The notes beneath the pieces were generated by a model. It did no database searches, was not told the DNA's origin, and was given only the letters and a program-made list of their open reading frames with translations. Both the position numbers and the translations under genes were made by a program. A stretch of 63,718 bases of DNA, the filler included, from Dugesia japonica (Eukaryota): the NCBI GenBank assembly GCA_001938525.1. It is 6 parts of 6 records of this genome, joined end to end, with 100 filler letters (N's around TTAATTAATTAA, not from the genome) between each part and the next. Parts side by side here need not be neighbours in the genome. Positions count along the whole stretch, not along the records: positions 11,635 to 21,056 come from MQRL01514449.1; positions 21,157 to 34,202 come from MQRL01622987.1; 4 more parts are not named here. The stretch is one strand, 5' to 3'. Below, piece after piece: positions 13,899 to 26,000 of this stretch (position 1 is its first letter; each line of letters starts with the position of its first letter).

Positions 13899-15929
13899 CT
13901 AATCATATTGATTAATCTTTCAACGATTAATGGTATTCTTGATTTTGAGAAATATTTAAAATGTTTTAAAACAAAAGTGTACAACTGGCAGCCCTCGAAC
14001 TACTTATGTTCGCAGATAGTTAAAAACAAAAGACATATAACAACCCTGAACAGTTGTGAACAAAGATATGTTACAATTTAATATAAGACTAAGCTATTAA
14101 AATATAAATACGTATTTATAATATTTAGAAGCAAACTAGTTGTGATTATTAGACTAGTGACTCCAGTTTAGTTAGTTTAGTCACGCGTTCCTGCACTTTG
14201 GCATGAAGTCTCTAAATAAACACAGTGAGGTCCTTGGTCAGTATATGTTGTGTAATCCTGTCTTAAAAGAATACATAAATTCTCTTTTAAAAAGCTCTTC
14301 TCACAATATAATGACAACCATTTGGTTGTCGCAAAGCTTCAAAAAAGAATAATATTATCGAAAACGAAAATGCTAACATCAATCTAAATCAAGGATGGCG
14401 AACGTTTTTTACCAATGGGTCAAATTTGATTATTTTTTTTCATAAATCCATTTGGCAGGTCACATAAGTTAAGAATAAAAAGATTAATAAATAAATGCTT
14501 GAAAATTCATTAACTTATTATATACAAACAAATTACATTGAACACATTATAAACAAAGAATATATCGTTTAATGAAAAAACTGTTGTTTAGTTGACAAAA
14601 AATTTTCTATATGAGAGTCATATGAAGTTGTCTTCAATCTTACACATAGAGCAGTTATTTCTTTACTAAATCTAGGTNCTAGATGATATTTATAAAAACA
14701 GAAAAGTTGAAAATTTTTACTATAATTTGAAATATTAAAGTAAGAAAACTATACGAAAATAATGTAATGTTTTATAATTCCGTATTGCAAACCACGATAT
14801 AAAACTCGTTTTTCTTTTTCACATAATAAAATGGATTCGAATAGAAGTTCAAGTTGATTACTGTAGTAAAATTAATTGAAAGATTAAGTGACTGGTTAAT
14901 TAAAATATTGAAAATTAAATGTTTAATTTTATAAATTAAATCCGTTTTTTTTTCTTTAAAATTTTCTGTCTGAAAGTAGCATTGAAATAAATTGATTTTC
15001 CAAAAACGAAAAAAAATCATTAAAACGCGTGCATTTGTCATTGTAAATTAAAAAAAAACAAAATAAATTAATAAAAAATCAATTATTTTTCAACATTAAT
15101 GAAAAGTTTTTGGAAATTATTTGTAGAATAAATTTTCATTGTTTTATTAAAACTTAAAAATATTATTAAATATAATTCCAATTAAAAAAATGTTTAAATT
15201 TATCAGATTATTTAAAGTTTTACAATATTTTAGAGGAGTAGTTCTCAAACTGGCGTCCGAGTGCTTTAGGGAACTGCAAAGTAGTTTCTGGAGTACCGTG
15301 ATAATATTAATTTCTCGAGGTATTTCGCCAACGACTTTGCAGTCCTTTTATAAACCGGCTATCCCAAGAAATCTCGCTCCTTCACCGGATGGCGCTTATG
15401 TTTTTGTATAAGATATTTTATTATCATTTTCATGCTTAATTCTTTACTTTTCGTTGGACCTCGAAGATCATTGCTCTGGTAATTTGTTAAACCTTGTTAA
15501 TTGACCTTTTCTCAATATCACTCGTAAGGTTTGTGATATAAATAAAATAACTTTCTCGCAAATTACAATTAAAATTAAAATATCTTCGAATCACATTTAA
15601 AGCAATTAATGCCTCTTTGTGTAGTACTTACTTGATTATTTGTATGAGTTCTTCATTTTCATTTTCTACTTCATTTTAACTTGTATCGCAGTAGATAGAT
15701 ACTAGCACACTAAACCACTTCCCCCACGCCGGAAAAGTGGTTTGATTTTTTGGTTTAGAATTATCAAATTTGATTGATCGAAAATTTGGGTAGAAAGATT
15801 TTTTGATTTCGAATTTATTGGTCGAATTTTGGCTCGGGAAAGTTGAATTTCGACTTATTAGTTCGACATTTTTTTGATTAACTTTTATCATACGGTTGCA
15901 AATTTGTTATCTTTTGAGAATATAAACAA

Positions 15930-16772
15930 TACTTTAGTGAATCCTTACTATTTACACATGGCAACAAGAAAATGATGATTACTCCTGCTCAAGAAATTCA
16001 GTTTGCTGCCAACACTACATGCAATTTGTGTAGAAAAGCAATAAAACAACCAGTTCGGGACCACAACCTCTTTACGGGAGAATACATAGGTGTAGCACGT
16101 AATACCTGTAATTTAAATAGAAAAATATATAAACAGTTACCGGTGGTTTTTCATAATCTCAGAGGATATAATCTATATTGTATTCTCAAGTATAGATTTA
16201 TTAGGCTTTTAAATTGCGAAATTAAATGTATACCTACAACCAGTGAGAAATTTCTATCTTTATGGTTAATCAAAAGAAATCAGCAACCATCAGATTTATT
16301 GATTCATATCAATTTATCAACTCATTGTTAGATACAGATATAAAATCGATTAAGAAAACAACATTGACAATAAATGAATTTAAGGATAATAGAATAATAA
16401 CATGAAAGTAGTTTTTCCAAATAATTTCGCTAAAATTTTGGAAATACTCATCAATACAACAAGCATGCCACCAAGATGGTATAAAGTTAGCAAGGAGTCA
16501 TGTCTGAAACTGGGGAAATGTGGGAAATCACCAAATATAAGAACTTGTTGGATTATATTATGATCTATCTCAAGTTGGATGTGTTTCTGCTAACTGATTT
16601 CTTTCAGCAACTCCGTGAAACATTGCTGACACATAATAGATTGAGACCACTGAACTTCTTCGGGATCCCTTGGATGAGTTGGGTATTGGCCTTGATGACA
16701 CTTGATGAGTCTATACAATTATTATCGGATAATGACATTTATATGTTTTGTGGTTCATTAAGCAATATATAG
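15930..16772 (+). pseudogene. Polinton/Maverick (adintovirus-type) protein-primed DNA polymerase B fragment, disrupted
   Basis: CNLC...VRDHNLFTGEYIGVARNTCNL (endonuclease VII-like), LPVVFHNLRGY (Exo II), IPTTSEKFLS, FIDSYQF and YIMIYLKLDVFLLTDFF (Exo III). Frameshifted; the polymerase palm is absent. Confidence 0.8.
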
Positions 16773-18039
16773 GCAGTTTTTTTATTCTGATTTTTATGAT
16801 TAAAAAATAAAAATAATTAAAATTATTTTTATAAAGATAATCAATTATTTTAATTCGAGAACTAAGCATTTTTTGCTATAAGTTCTTTAGACATTGTATA
16901 GACAGGTTTTAATTTTAAGTTAAATGACACTAATTTTCAGTTCATACAGTCAATATAGACTGAGAAATTTCTAAAGCAAATTCAAAGTGGCTCAGTGTGC
17001 CTCTACTTTTTTTGAAAGAACTAAGCATATTTATATAACAAACTATATATAGCAAATAAAGAACTTCTAATTCTAAGAATATTGATAGAAAATTCACTTT
17101 CATGCGATAGTTTTTCATCGAGAAAAAAATTGTTGAAATTTTTAATAAAAAACTTTGACCTCGATTTTCATAGAGAAGGAAGCATTTTCAGAGGCTTTGT
17201 ATGGCTATATTCCAGACCTACTTTTGCATTTTTTATCCAATGATATTGGTTTCAAGTCGGAATCTTCTAAAGCAACAGGGAGATACTGGTCCAGTGAGCT
17301 ACTATCTTTTCGGAAAGAACCAATCATGTTTTGAAAATTTTTAGTTATATTCATAGAGTTTTTAATTTTGAGTTGATTAGTATAAAAGTATTTTGAAAGT
17401 TATTATTGTTTTAATTATAATTTATAATTAGTTATATAATTATATATTATTTCTTAAACGAAACATTTTTACTCAGAAAACTTTATAAAACACGTTCAGA
17501 ATCTTATTCTGAATTAAATGGCTCTATTTAAGAAGCGATACAATAAATTTTGGTGGATAAATCCATAAAACAAGTCAAACGGTTCTAATGCGCTATTACC
17601 TATTCCCAGAGCATAATTTTTCAGCAAACCTTACACAAAAAATGTTGAACTTTCAATTTTAAGACGATAAATACCAAATTCAAGACCATTCAATAAAAAT
17701 TGACCGAAAAATCAAATTTCGACCTTGCCGACCTGAATTAAAAAACTTTTTACGTAGTCGTAACGACCAATCAAAAGGCTACATTTCTAGAGCAGTCAAA
17801 ACACCAAAATTTGAAAATCAGTCGGCGAGAGAGATTATTCCAGTGATCCACTATCCATCTACTTATTGTGAGTAAATTAATAAATAATGTTCGAAATCGA
17901 CAGCTTAGCACTGGTTTACAAACATGTATCCATTTCAACAAACTCTTTGCATGTTATCTCAAAATTGTTAATTTCTTTTAATTGATTAAACTTATTATCA
18001 ATTTCACTAAACAAAGAGAGTTTATTTGTTTCGAACTCT

Positions 18040-19000
18040 TTTTCTTTTGCATAACCCACATGACAAAACAAATTCATAATTGTTTGTTTTTATAAACTGT
18101 CCCGCAAAATTCCCAGTAAATTGAAAGTGAAATCGATATTTAATTCATAGCAAAATAAAATACGCTGCAGAAGACTTTTTTATAAAGATATTTCAAAGAA
18201 TTTATGACTCATGCGTTTAAAAGTTGACGTTCTAATGTTGTATGGGGAGGCTAAAAACAGTTTAATATGTTTCTGAGTTTCAATGTTTGAATGGCACCTA
18301 TGAAGAATATGAGCAATTTTACGTCTTTTCTTTAACAAGCGATAACTCCAAAGATATTAAAACTATAGTAAAAATTGAAGATGCTATCCAGATTTTGTGT
18401 ATTTTTACTATTATCAAGAGTAATTTGTTCATATTTTTGAAACGTTTGGGGATTTCTGTGTTTTCAAATTACTAAATATTATTTTCCCCTATTACAGATA
18501 CAATTACAAGGAGAGCTATTCTTTTGATTTTTTNTCTATCCAGATTTCTTTTNTCTTACTGAACAGTGTGATATTTGGAGTCAAGTGCCAAAATATACCA
18601 AATTCTTTACAATTAAAGACGTTTGAGGGAGCATGTTCTGCTACAATTTTAGAAATAACTTTATTTATCCAATTTGTAATTATTTCTTCGACTACACATG
18701 ACCTGTTGCCAGTTTTTTATGACTGGTAATAGAATATTAAACTTTCTGTCGATTAATCTAAGTTATATCGATTTCTCTGTAATCTTTAACTTCATTTAGC
18801 TATTTAGACACTCTGTTATCTCTTCTTTTTATAAGTCCTTATTAATAGCAATATATGGTCTTGAATTTTGACAACTGCTAAACCAGAATAATAGTGTTCT
18901 CGAAGTTAACTCACATTGGTTTATAAATCGCTTTATTTTATAAGTTCAAGACCAAAGTTTCAATTATTTTCTATTATAACATTTCTGTAAATAAATTGGT
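18040..19000 (-). mobile_element. Degenerate pogo/Tigger (DDE_1) transposase
   Basis: Minus-strand translations W INKVISKIVAEHAPSNVFNCKEFGIFWHLTPNITL (cf. NxDETGLFWxxxPxxTL) and PPHTTLERQLLNA*VINSLKYLYKK (cf. PPNTTSxLQPLDxGVIxxxKxxY). Confidence 0.75.
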
Positions 19001-20122
19001 AGATAGATAGAAAAGGACCTTCCTCATTTTTTTGTTTTAGATAGTGTGTGCCAACAATTTCTTTTTGTTAGACAGTGTATTCCAATTATATCATCATTTT
19101 TTTTATTTGTTTGAATGTGCATCGATAGTGTCATTATTTTTTAAAATGAATTGAAATTAATGATTTGGTTTCAATTAAGTAAAGTTAATGATTTTTGCTA
19201 AAATTAACAAAAAATAAATTTTATAAATTTTTTTCCAAGAAATTCCGTAAAAAAACTGTTTCTTTAAATTAAGTAAATTTTCCTCAGGCAATATTACCAT
19301 AAACATTAATATTAACAACACTAATAATATACAAAAATAGTGAAAAAATCAATTATTAATAACCATATTTATTGAATTTTTAAATAATATTTATACAATC
19401 TATACATTCAAAATTCGATTTGATTAAAATATTCGTGTCATTACTACATGATTTGATTGGTTTCTTCGTGCTATTACTAACTAATAAAATTATCTAATTT
19501 CAAATAACAAATAAATTCATTACCTTACATTGATTTGATTGAATCACAATCTTATTTATTACAATTCAAAATTTAAATACTACAGAGTTCAAGTTGTTAT
19601 TATAAAGTAGGTAATCTGTAATATAATTTGATGTATCCAACAGATTATTTTGAACCATTAATCCCAGTAGTTTAAAATTAATTGTTTCCACAGATAATCT
19701 TTATAATATTTTAAAAACTTAAGCATCATTCAAATCGTAATAAAAANCTATCTATACATCATCAATAAGACTAATAGAAAATACTTCCTTCAAGAGATAA
19801 AATACAGTTACATTTATAAATGATATATTATATGTATAAATAATTTGAGTTCTTTGAAGATTTAAGTAACATTCGATTCACCATTAAAAATTACTTATGA
19901 ATTATCTAAAGGGATATTATCGAAAAAGTGCTTGATACCCACGGAAAATTTCTTTGAGATACAAAATTTCTAAACTTCAAAATAAATATAAAAATATTTC
20001 TAAATCCTACCAACTTAAAATGGTTTCAAACATCTAACTAACAATAAAATCGGAAGCCCAATGAATTCATAACATCCAATAAAACATTATCTTGATTTTT
20101 TTCAGTTCCCTTCAAATATAAT

Positions 20123-20123
<1 letters not shown>

Positions 20124-20164
<41 letters not shown>
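20124..20164. repeat. (TA)n(TG)n compound microsatellite
   Basis: Direct sequence. Confidence 0.95.
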
Positions 20165-21056
20165 ATATTTACAGAGACAGAAAATTTGTTCCTAAAATTT
20201 AAATTTTAACTAAAAAATTCGCCACAAAATTTTTCTGTTGAGAAATTTTGAACTTCTATCTGATTGTCATCCGCATATACAAAAAATAAAAATACTAATG
20301 AAATTTAAACAGAAATTCATTAGAAATTACAATTTTACAAACTGAAATTAATTTTTTTAAAAATTTATTTCAACACAGGAAATCACTCTAAACGTTGTTT
20401 TCATTAAGTTAAATTATTTGGATTAATATTTTTTTGTAATTTCGATTTTTACTCTGAAAATATAAATCAAATAAATATTATAAATATTATATAAAGCAAT
20501 TTCAAAACATTGTTTTTTTGATTTTCAAACCGCTAGATTGTAAAGAAAAATGAAATACAAATTAAAGCTTTTTAATTAAAATATTTTGATTAAAAATTGG
20601 AAATTAATTTTTTTAATTTAATATTTGCGCTACTTTTTGATAATTAGTGAATTGTTCTTTAATTTAGTAATTTCCACCTTAAATTATTAAGATTTGTTTT
20701 ATTTTAGTTAATCTTTCATTATTTTAGTAAATCTTCACTTTTTTTTAGTAAAATTTCCCAGAGATTACAATCAAATATTCCATTCAATTTTTGTTGCTCT
20801 ACTTTCGGATGAAACTAAATAAATTTTAATTAAAATATTTAAAGCTTTTGAAAATAATTGTGAAGAATTTAAGATTTCTTTAAATTAGATTACTTAACAT
20901 CAGATAATATGAAGATCTTTGATTGTTTATTGAAAGCTTTGTATTCCACAGCTGATCATATTGATTACTGGAATGGCGGCTGCAGCTCTCCCACCAAAAT
21001 GAAAACATTTTAAAATTATTATAGATTTAAATTACTATACAATTATTTTACAAAAA

Positions 21057-21156
21057 NNNNNNNNNNNNNNNNNNNNNNNNNNNNNNNNNNNNNNNNNNNN
21101 TTAATTAATTAANNNNNNNNNNNNNNNNNNNNNNNNNNNNNNNNNNNNNNNNNNNN
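21057..21156. other. Artificial assembly linker
   Basis: 44N-TTAATTAATTAA-44N. Confidence 0.95.
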
Positions 21157-21235
21157 TTTAAATAATTTATTTAATTTAATTTAATTAAATTTAATTATAT
21201 TAAAAAGATTTCTCCCAATTGAAATGAAAAGCTTT

Positions 21236-21432
21236 AAATTTCCAACCAAAATCTTACTTTTAAATTTCCCTCCAAAAAGATTTTTTTGAATTTCCCGCCA
21301 AAAAGATTTTTTTTAAAATTTCCCTACAAAAAGATTTTTTTTAAAATTTCCCTCCAAAACGATTTTTTTTTGAATTTCCTGACAAAAAAGAATTTAATTT
21401 CTCGCCAAAAATTTTTTGAATTTCTTGCCAAA
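21236..21432. repeat. ~24-26 bp minisatellite (aatttcccNccaaaaagattttttt)
   Basis: About eight degenerate tandem units. Confidence 0.8.
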
Positions 21433-21929
21433 AAATAACGATTAAAAAAAAATTTCATCCTAAAAAAAAATGATCCGATCAAAAAAATGATCAGATCAAA
21501 AATCAATAATTATCGATTTAAAAAACGCAGTTCAACGTAATGTGTTTTCGAGACCCCGGGGGGGGGTCCCGCTCGATAACTGCTTTAAAAAAAGTGTTGC
21601 AGTGCGCTAGTATCCCCCTACTCATGATATTCCAGAAGAAGACAATTGTCGACAATTTGAATATCTATAAAACAACAATTTAATTTCATCTAAGCTATTA
21701 CTTTATTTTAATAAAATCTCAAATGCGATTAATGGTTAAGTCAACAATTATTTACGCAGTAATTTTAATTATATATAGTTTTAGTTTAATAATTGAGAAA
21801 ATAATAAATATTACTTTTTATTGTAAAACTTTGTTTAAATATATTCAGTTTTGAAGTTTTTGAATTTTATTAAATAAATATTATGGAAGAATCTTGTGTC
21901 CTAACTATCTAAAATAATATGTATTGACC

Positions 21930-22370
21930 TGTTAGTCAGTGAGTTGAATATCTAATAGTCGTCCATTTCGTTCGTTCGTTTTTTCTTTCTATCTCTTCTT
22001 GCATACTTTCTCGATAACTATATCAATATTTTTCCACTTTTCGGCTACCAGAGGTTATTTCATCAACTCATTTCTTGGCAAATGGCTCCAAAACTGCTCT
22101 GTTAGTAGAGCCTTCTTGTTTGGATAAAACTTACTAGAATTAACTTTATCTGTTTCTATATACGATCTTCTTTCATCTTTGAGTCCATTTCTCTGACACT
22201 TTTCTCACTTTATCTTTTCTTTTATTGGACAATCATTCCCTGTATGACTTATTTTATGTCGTGACCAGCAGTCTGATCATTCTCTTCTTCTACTATGTTT
22301 TTTTGGTTTGTATTGTACCCATTTCCCTGTTTCCTGGTGGGCCCATGCTCCTCATCTTCACCTCAATGCT
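21930..22370 (-). mobile_element. LTR-retrotransposon gag remnant
   Basis: Minus-strand CWSRHKISHTGNDCP is a decayed CCHC zinc knuckle in purine-rich coding-like sequence. Confidence 0.5.
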
Positions 22371-23052
22371 AGTATATTTTGTTAAATTTAGATTTAAATA
22401 AATTCTCTTTCAATATATTGAACACAAACAGAATTTTTCTACAACCTCAATGACCAACAATTTGGAATACAACATCAGTTCTCAATTTTATTTTACATAA
22501 TCTAGTACATTGTATAGATAATTATATTGATAATGTTTCTACCTATTTCCAAATAAAACGTTTTTATTTACTTTACAAGTTATTATAAAAATTAGTACTA
22601 TTTATGCCAACATTTAATAGATTTAAAATTTTACATAACATAAATTAAATAAAACATTTAATAAGTTTTCGTAATTTCCTACAACACGAAACTTATCTCC
22701 GCGCTCTACGACACTACTATATTCGATTTCAATAGAATGATTGTATTTATTTGAAGCTGCATAAAATTTATTCAACAAATATAGCAGAAATTCATTTAAT
22801 TTAAATTATTTAATTAGAATTTTATTTTACTATTTTATAAATAATTAAGAATAATTTAAAAAGCATTAGTTTCAGTAATTTAAATACCGAAAATATTAAC
22901 TAAAAATAATTCTTACAATTTTAAATTTGCTTGTTATTAATGATTGAAAAATAATTTTAGAATGATTAATTAGTAAATTCAATTTAAATTTTAATAATTT
23001 TTTTATAGTTATAGTTTAATTGATCATAAATTATTTATTAATAATTAAGACC

Positions 23053-26000
23053 ATGTTTCTAAAAAAACTATTATTTTATTTTTTGTGGTTTTATTGTAAA
23101 GCTTCATGTAATAATTTTTTTAAAATGATATTAATTTTATGTTAAACCATCTAGATATAATTCCAGACAAAGACTATTTGTATTATTATAGTTCAGGTGA
23201 TAATGTTATTCAGTCATCTTTTGGTGATCGAATTGAAGTTAATATTTCTGATAATAATTTTAATGTAAAAGATGCATTATTTTTAAAAATCAAACCAAAT
23301 GCAGATTTGCATGGGAAAATATTACTTTGTAAACTGTATGATGGTAATACATTAGAAGAGACTAAAGAATATTTATTAATTGGTAAGAAAATTTTTGTTT
23401 AATTTATTCATTTAGGATTATTAATAATAATCTTTAAACAATTAGTTATTGTAAATCATTTTGTTCATTAAATAATTTTAGTAATTTATATCCATTAGTT
23501 TCCTTAATTTGATAAGATAATTTTAGTTAAACAGCGTGCTTATATTGCGTTATTTAAAGTGATAAATTACTAATCTACTTGCTTGTGATATTAATTTAAA
23601 TAAGGTTAAAGAACATTAATACATTATTGTGAATTATTAACATTTAATCCTTTACAAAAGAAATTATCAAAAAACTTTTGTTGGCATTTTTAATAAATTA
23701 TCTACTGATTTTCCTCATTAAAAAGAGTAACTGTAAAGATATTATTAATTAGTTTAATTAGTGTATGTGTGCGTATTATTTTGTGTCTATCCTAAATCAT
23801 GATTGGTTGCAATACGAATGCAATGCAAGTTAAACAAAGCATTTACGTGATTTTTATTTGTTGTATTAAATTGGTCAGATTGCGTCACATGAAATTTGCA
23901 TATTTATCACTTTGTGAAAGAAATGTGTCATGCTAAAAGAATGATATTATCAGCGGAAGAAGAATATTTAGACAATCTCGGAAGTTAAGCAGCTTTAAGC
24001 CTCTTTAGTACTTAAAACGTGATAATAGTCGACTGAGCCTGGTTAGTGTTTGGTTAGAGATAACCTTACATATTTCCATAGCAAAAAGGAGTCCACCACC
24101 TCGTATTTGACTGTTCGATTGTTCCAGTGTTTTCGGTTATATCCTTTCAAATTCTCTGAGAATTATTATCTGCCTGTGAATAGTTTTCATCATTAGATTG
24201 TCAAGTGGATACTCTAAATCAGCTAACAGATTCTAAATTCAAAACACCATCACGTATTGACCAAAATAAAAGTCCTTGTAGTCGGTTTCTGGAAATCCGC
24301 GCTTTTTGAAAACTAAAAACCGCGGTTTCGGTTTTTAATAACTTTTGTTGACAGTGTTTGATATTTGAATGGAGAAGGAACTAGAAAATTTGGAATATGT
24401 ATATGTAGTTTTGATTCAATTACAAATAGAATTATTGCTAGAAACATGTTAATAGCTTTTTATAATCGTGTTTAGCCCCCATTTGCTCCAAAACTCTGCT
24501 TTAGTGTCCGGAATTTAGTATCGAGGTTTAGAGTAAATGCATTGGATTGGCTAGTTGACATAATTGGCTAGGAAACAATTTGGTAAGAAAATAATTGCGG
24601 TTTTTAACATATAAAAGTAAAAGTAAAAATCTCGGAAAAAATAAAAACATTTTATTCAAAATATGAACCATTACAATCAATACATTTCTCCCAACGAGAA
24701 ATAAGTTTATTTATGCCAATAGAAAAGAAATCCACTTTCCCGGATTCAACGAACTCGAGGAAGGCATTTTAACATCGTTGTCGTTATGGAAGACTTTCTC
24801 TTGAAGAAAAGTGGAGAGATGATAAAAAAATGATAGTCAAATGGTGACAGGTCCGGGGAGAGAGTTTTGCGACGTGTGGACGGGCATTGTCGTGAAGAAT
24901 AATGGGATATTTTCTGTTAACTAATGCAGGTCACATAAATTTCAATTAGTAGTGCAATTCATTACTCTGCCTTCATAGTTTCACCTTGATTAAAAAAGTT
25001 GTAATTAACCAAACCGTCACCATTGTCTTCTTTTGACGCCATTTTGGCTTTGAAAAATGATATAGTGCTTTGCCTGTATCCAATTTTTGCGATGCTTGCT
25101 TTCTATTGTCGTATAGAGTCCATTTTTCGTTGCAAGTCACAATGCAATCAAGAAATGGATTGGTTTTATTTCTAAACAGATTCGCCAAGCAGATCTCGTA
25201 CCGGCGGTTTTCTGAAAATCGTTCAATTCATGCAAAACCCATTTATCGAGCTTCCGTACTTTTCCAAGAGGATGGAGGTGGTATAAAGCTGTTACCAAAC
25301 CTACGCTTAAATTCCCGAGTTGTTGCGCGTGGACTTGTTTTGATCATTACCTTCAAATCATCTTTTCTACACCCTGATGGACGTCCTCAACCTTCTCAAT
25401 AATTAAAAACCACCTTCAAGGCTGTCATCTTTACTCCTGAATATTTTAAGCCAAAATTGCACTGTTCTTTCTTTTTCAGTTTCATTGATGAATGAGTTTT
25501 TGACTTTCTGAGTCGTCTCTGCTGCTTGAGATCCCAGTTTAAATTCATATATGAATATTGCTCGTTTTTGATATTTATCCAACATCTTTTCCAAAAATAA
25601 TATTTCACAATAAAATAATTATAAAGATAAAATATTACTTGTATAATGTAGAATTGAATATTCGCTTCAAAATGAGATACAGATTAATATATTAAAACAA
25701 ATATTTCTTTTAAAGTGATATTATATAAAACCGCAATTACTTTCTTACCAACGTAATAGAATAAAATTCTTCAATTATTATAGAAAATGTTGTGAAGTTG
25801 CAATTTAATATGGCGTTAAAAAATTTGAAGTTAAACAATATTTCTCAAACATTTGACCATTGTGATTCTTTATGTTTTGATTTTTGGTAGAAATCCGAAT
25901 TTTCGACAACATTATTCTTCAGGGTTTTACAACTTGCCTTATTTAAATTATTCGAGAAATCAAAATGATTTTGGAACTTATTTTATTTTATTGGATTTTA

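Noticed and set aside
19400-21010. Possible multi-exon minus-strand gene (e.g. exon 20109-20043, GTEKNQDNVLLDVMNSLGFRFY)
   Set aside because: I could not build a phase-consistent, stop-free chain of exons or recognise any homology.
21236-21432. Tandem repeats as a CRISPR array
   Set aside because: No unique spacers, no cas genes and a eukaryotic context; this is a minisatellite.
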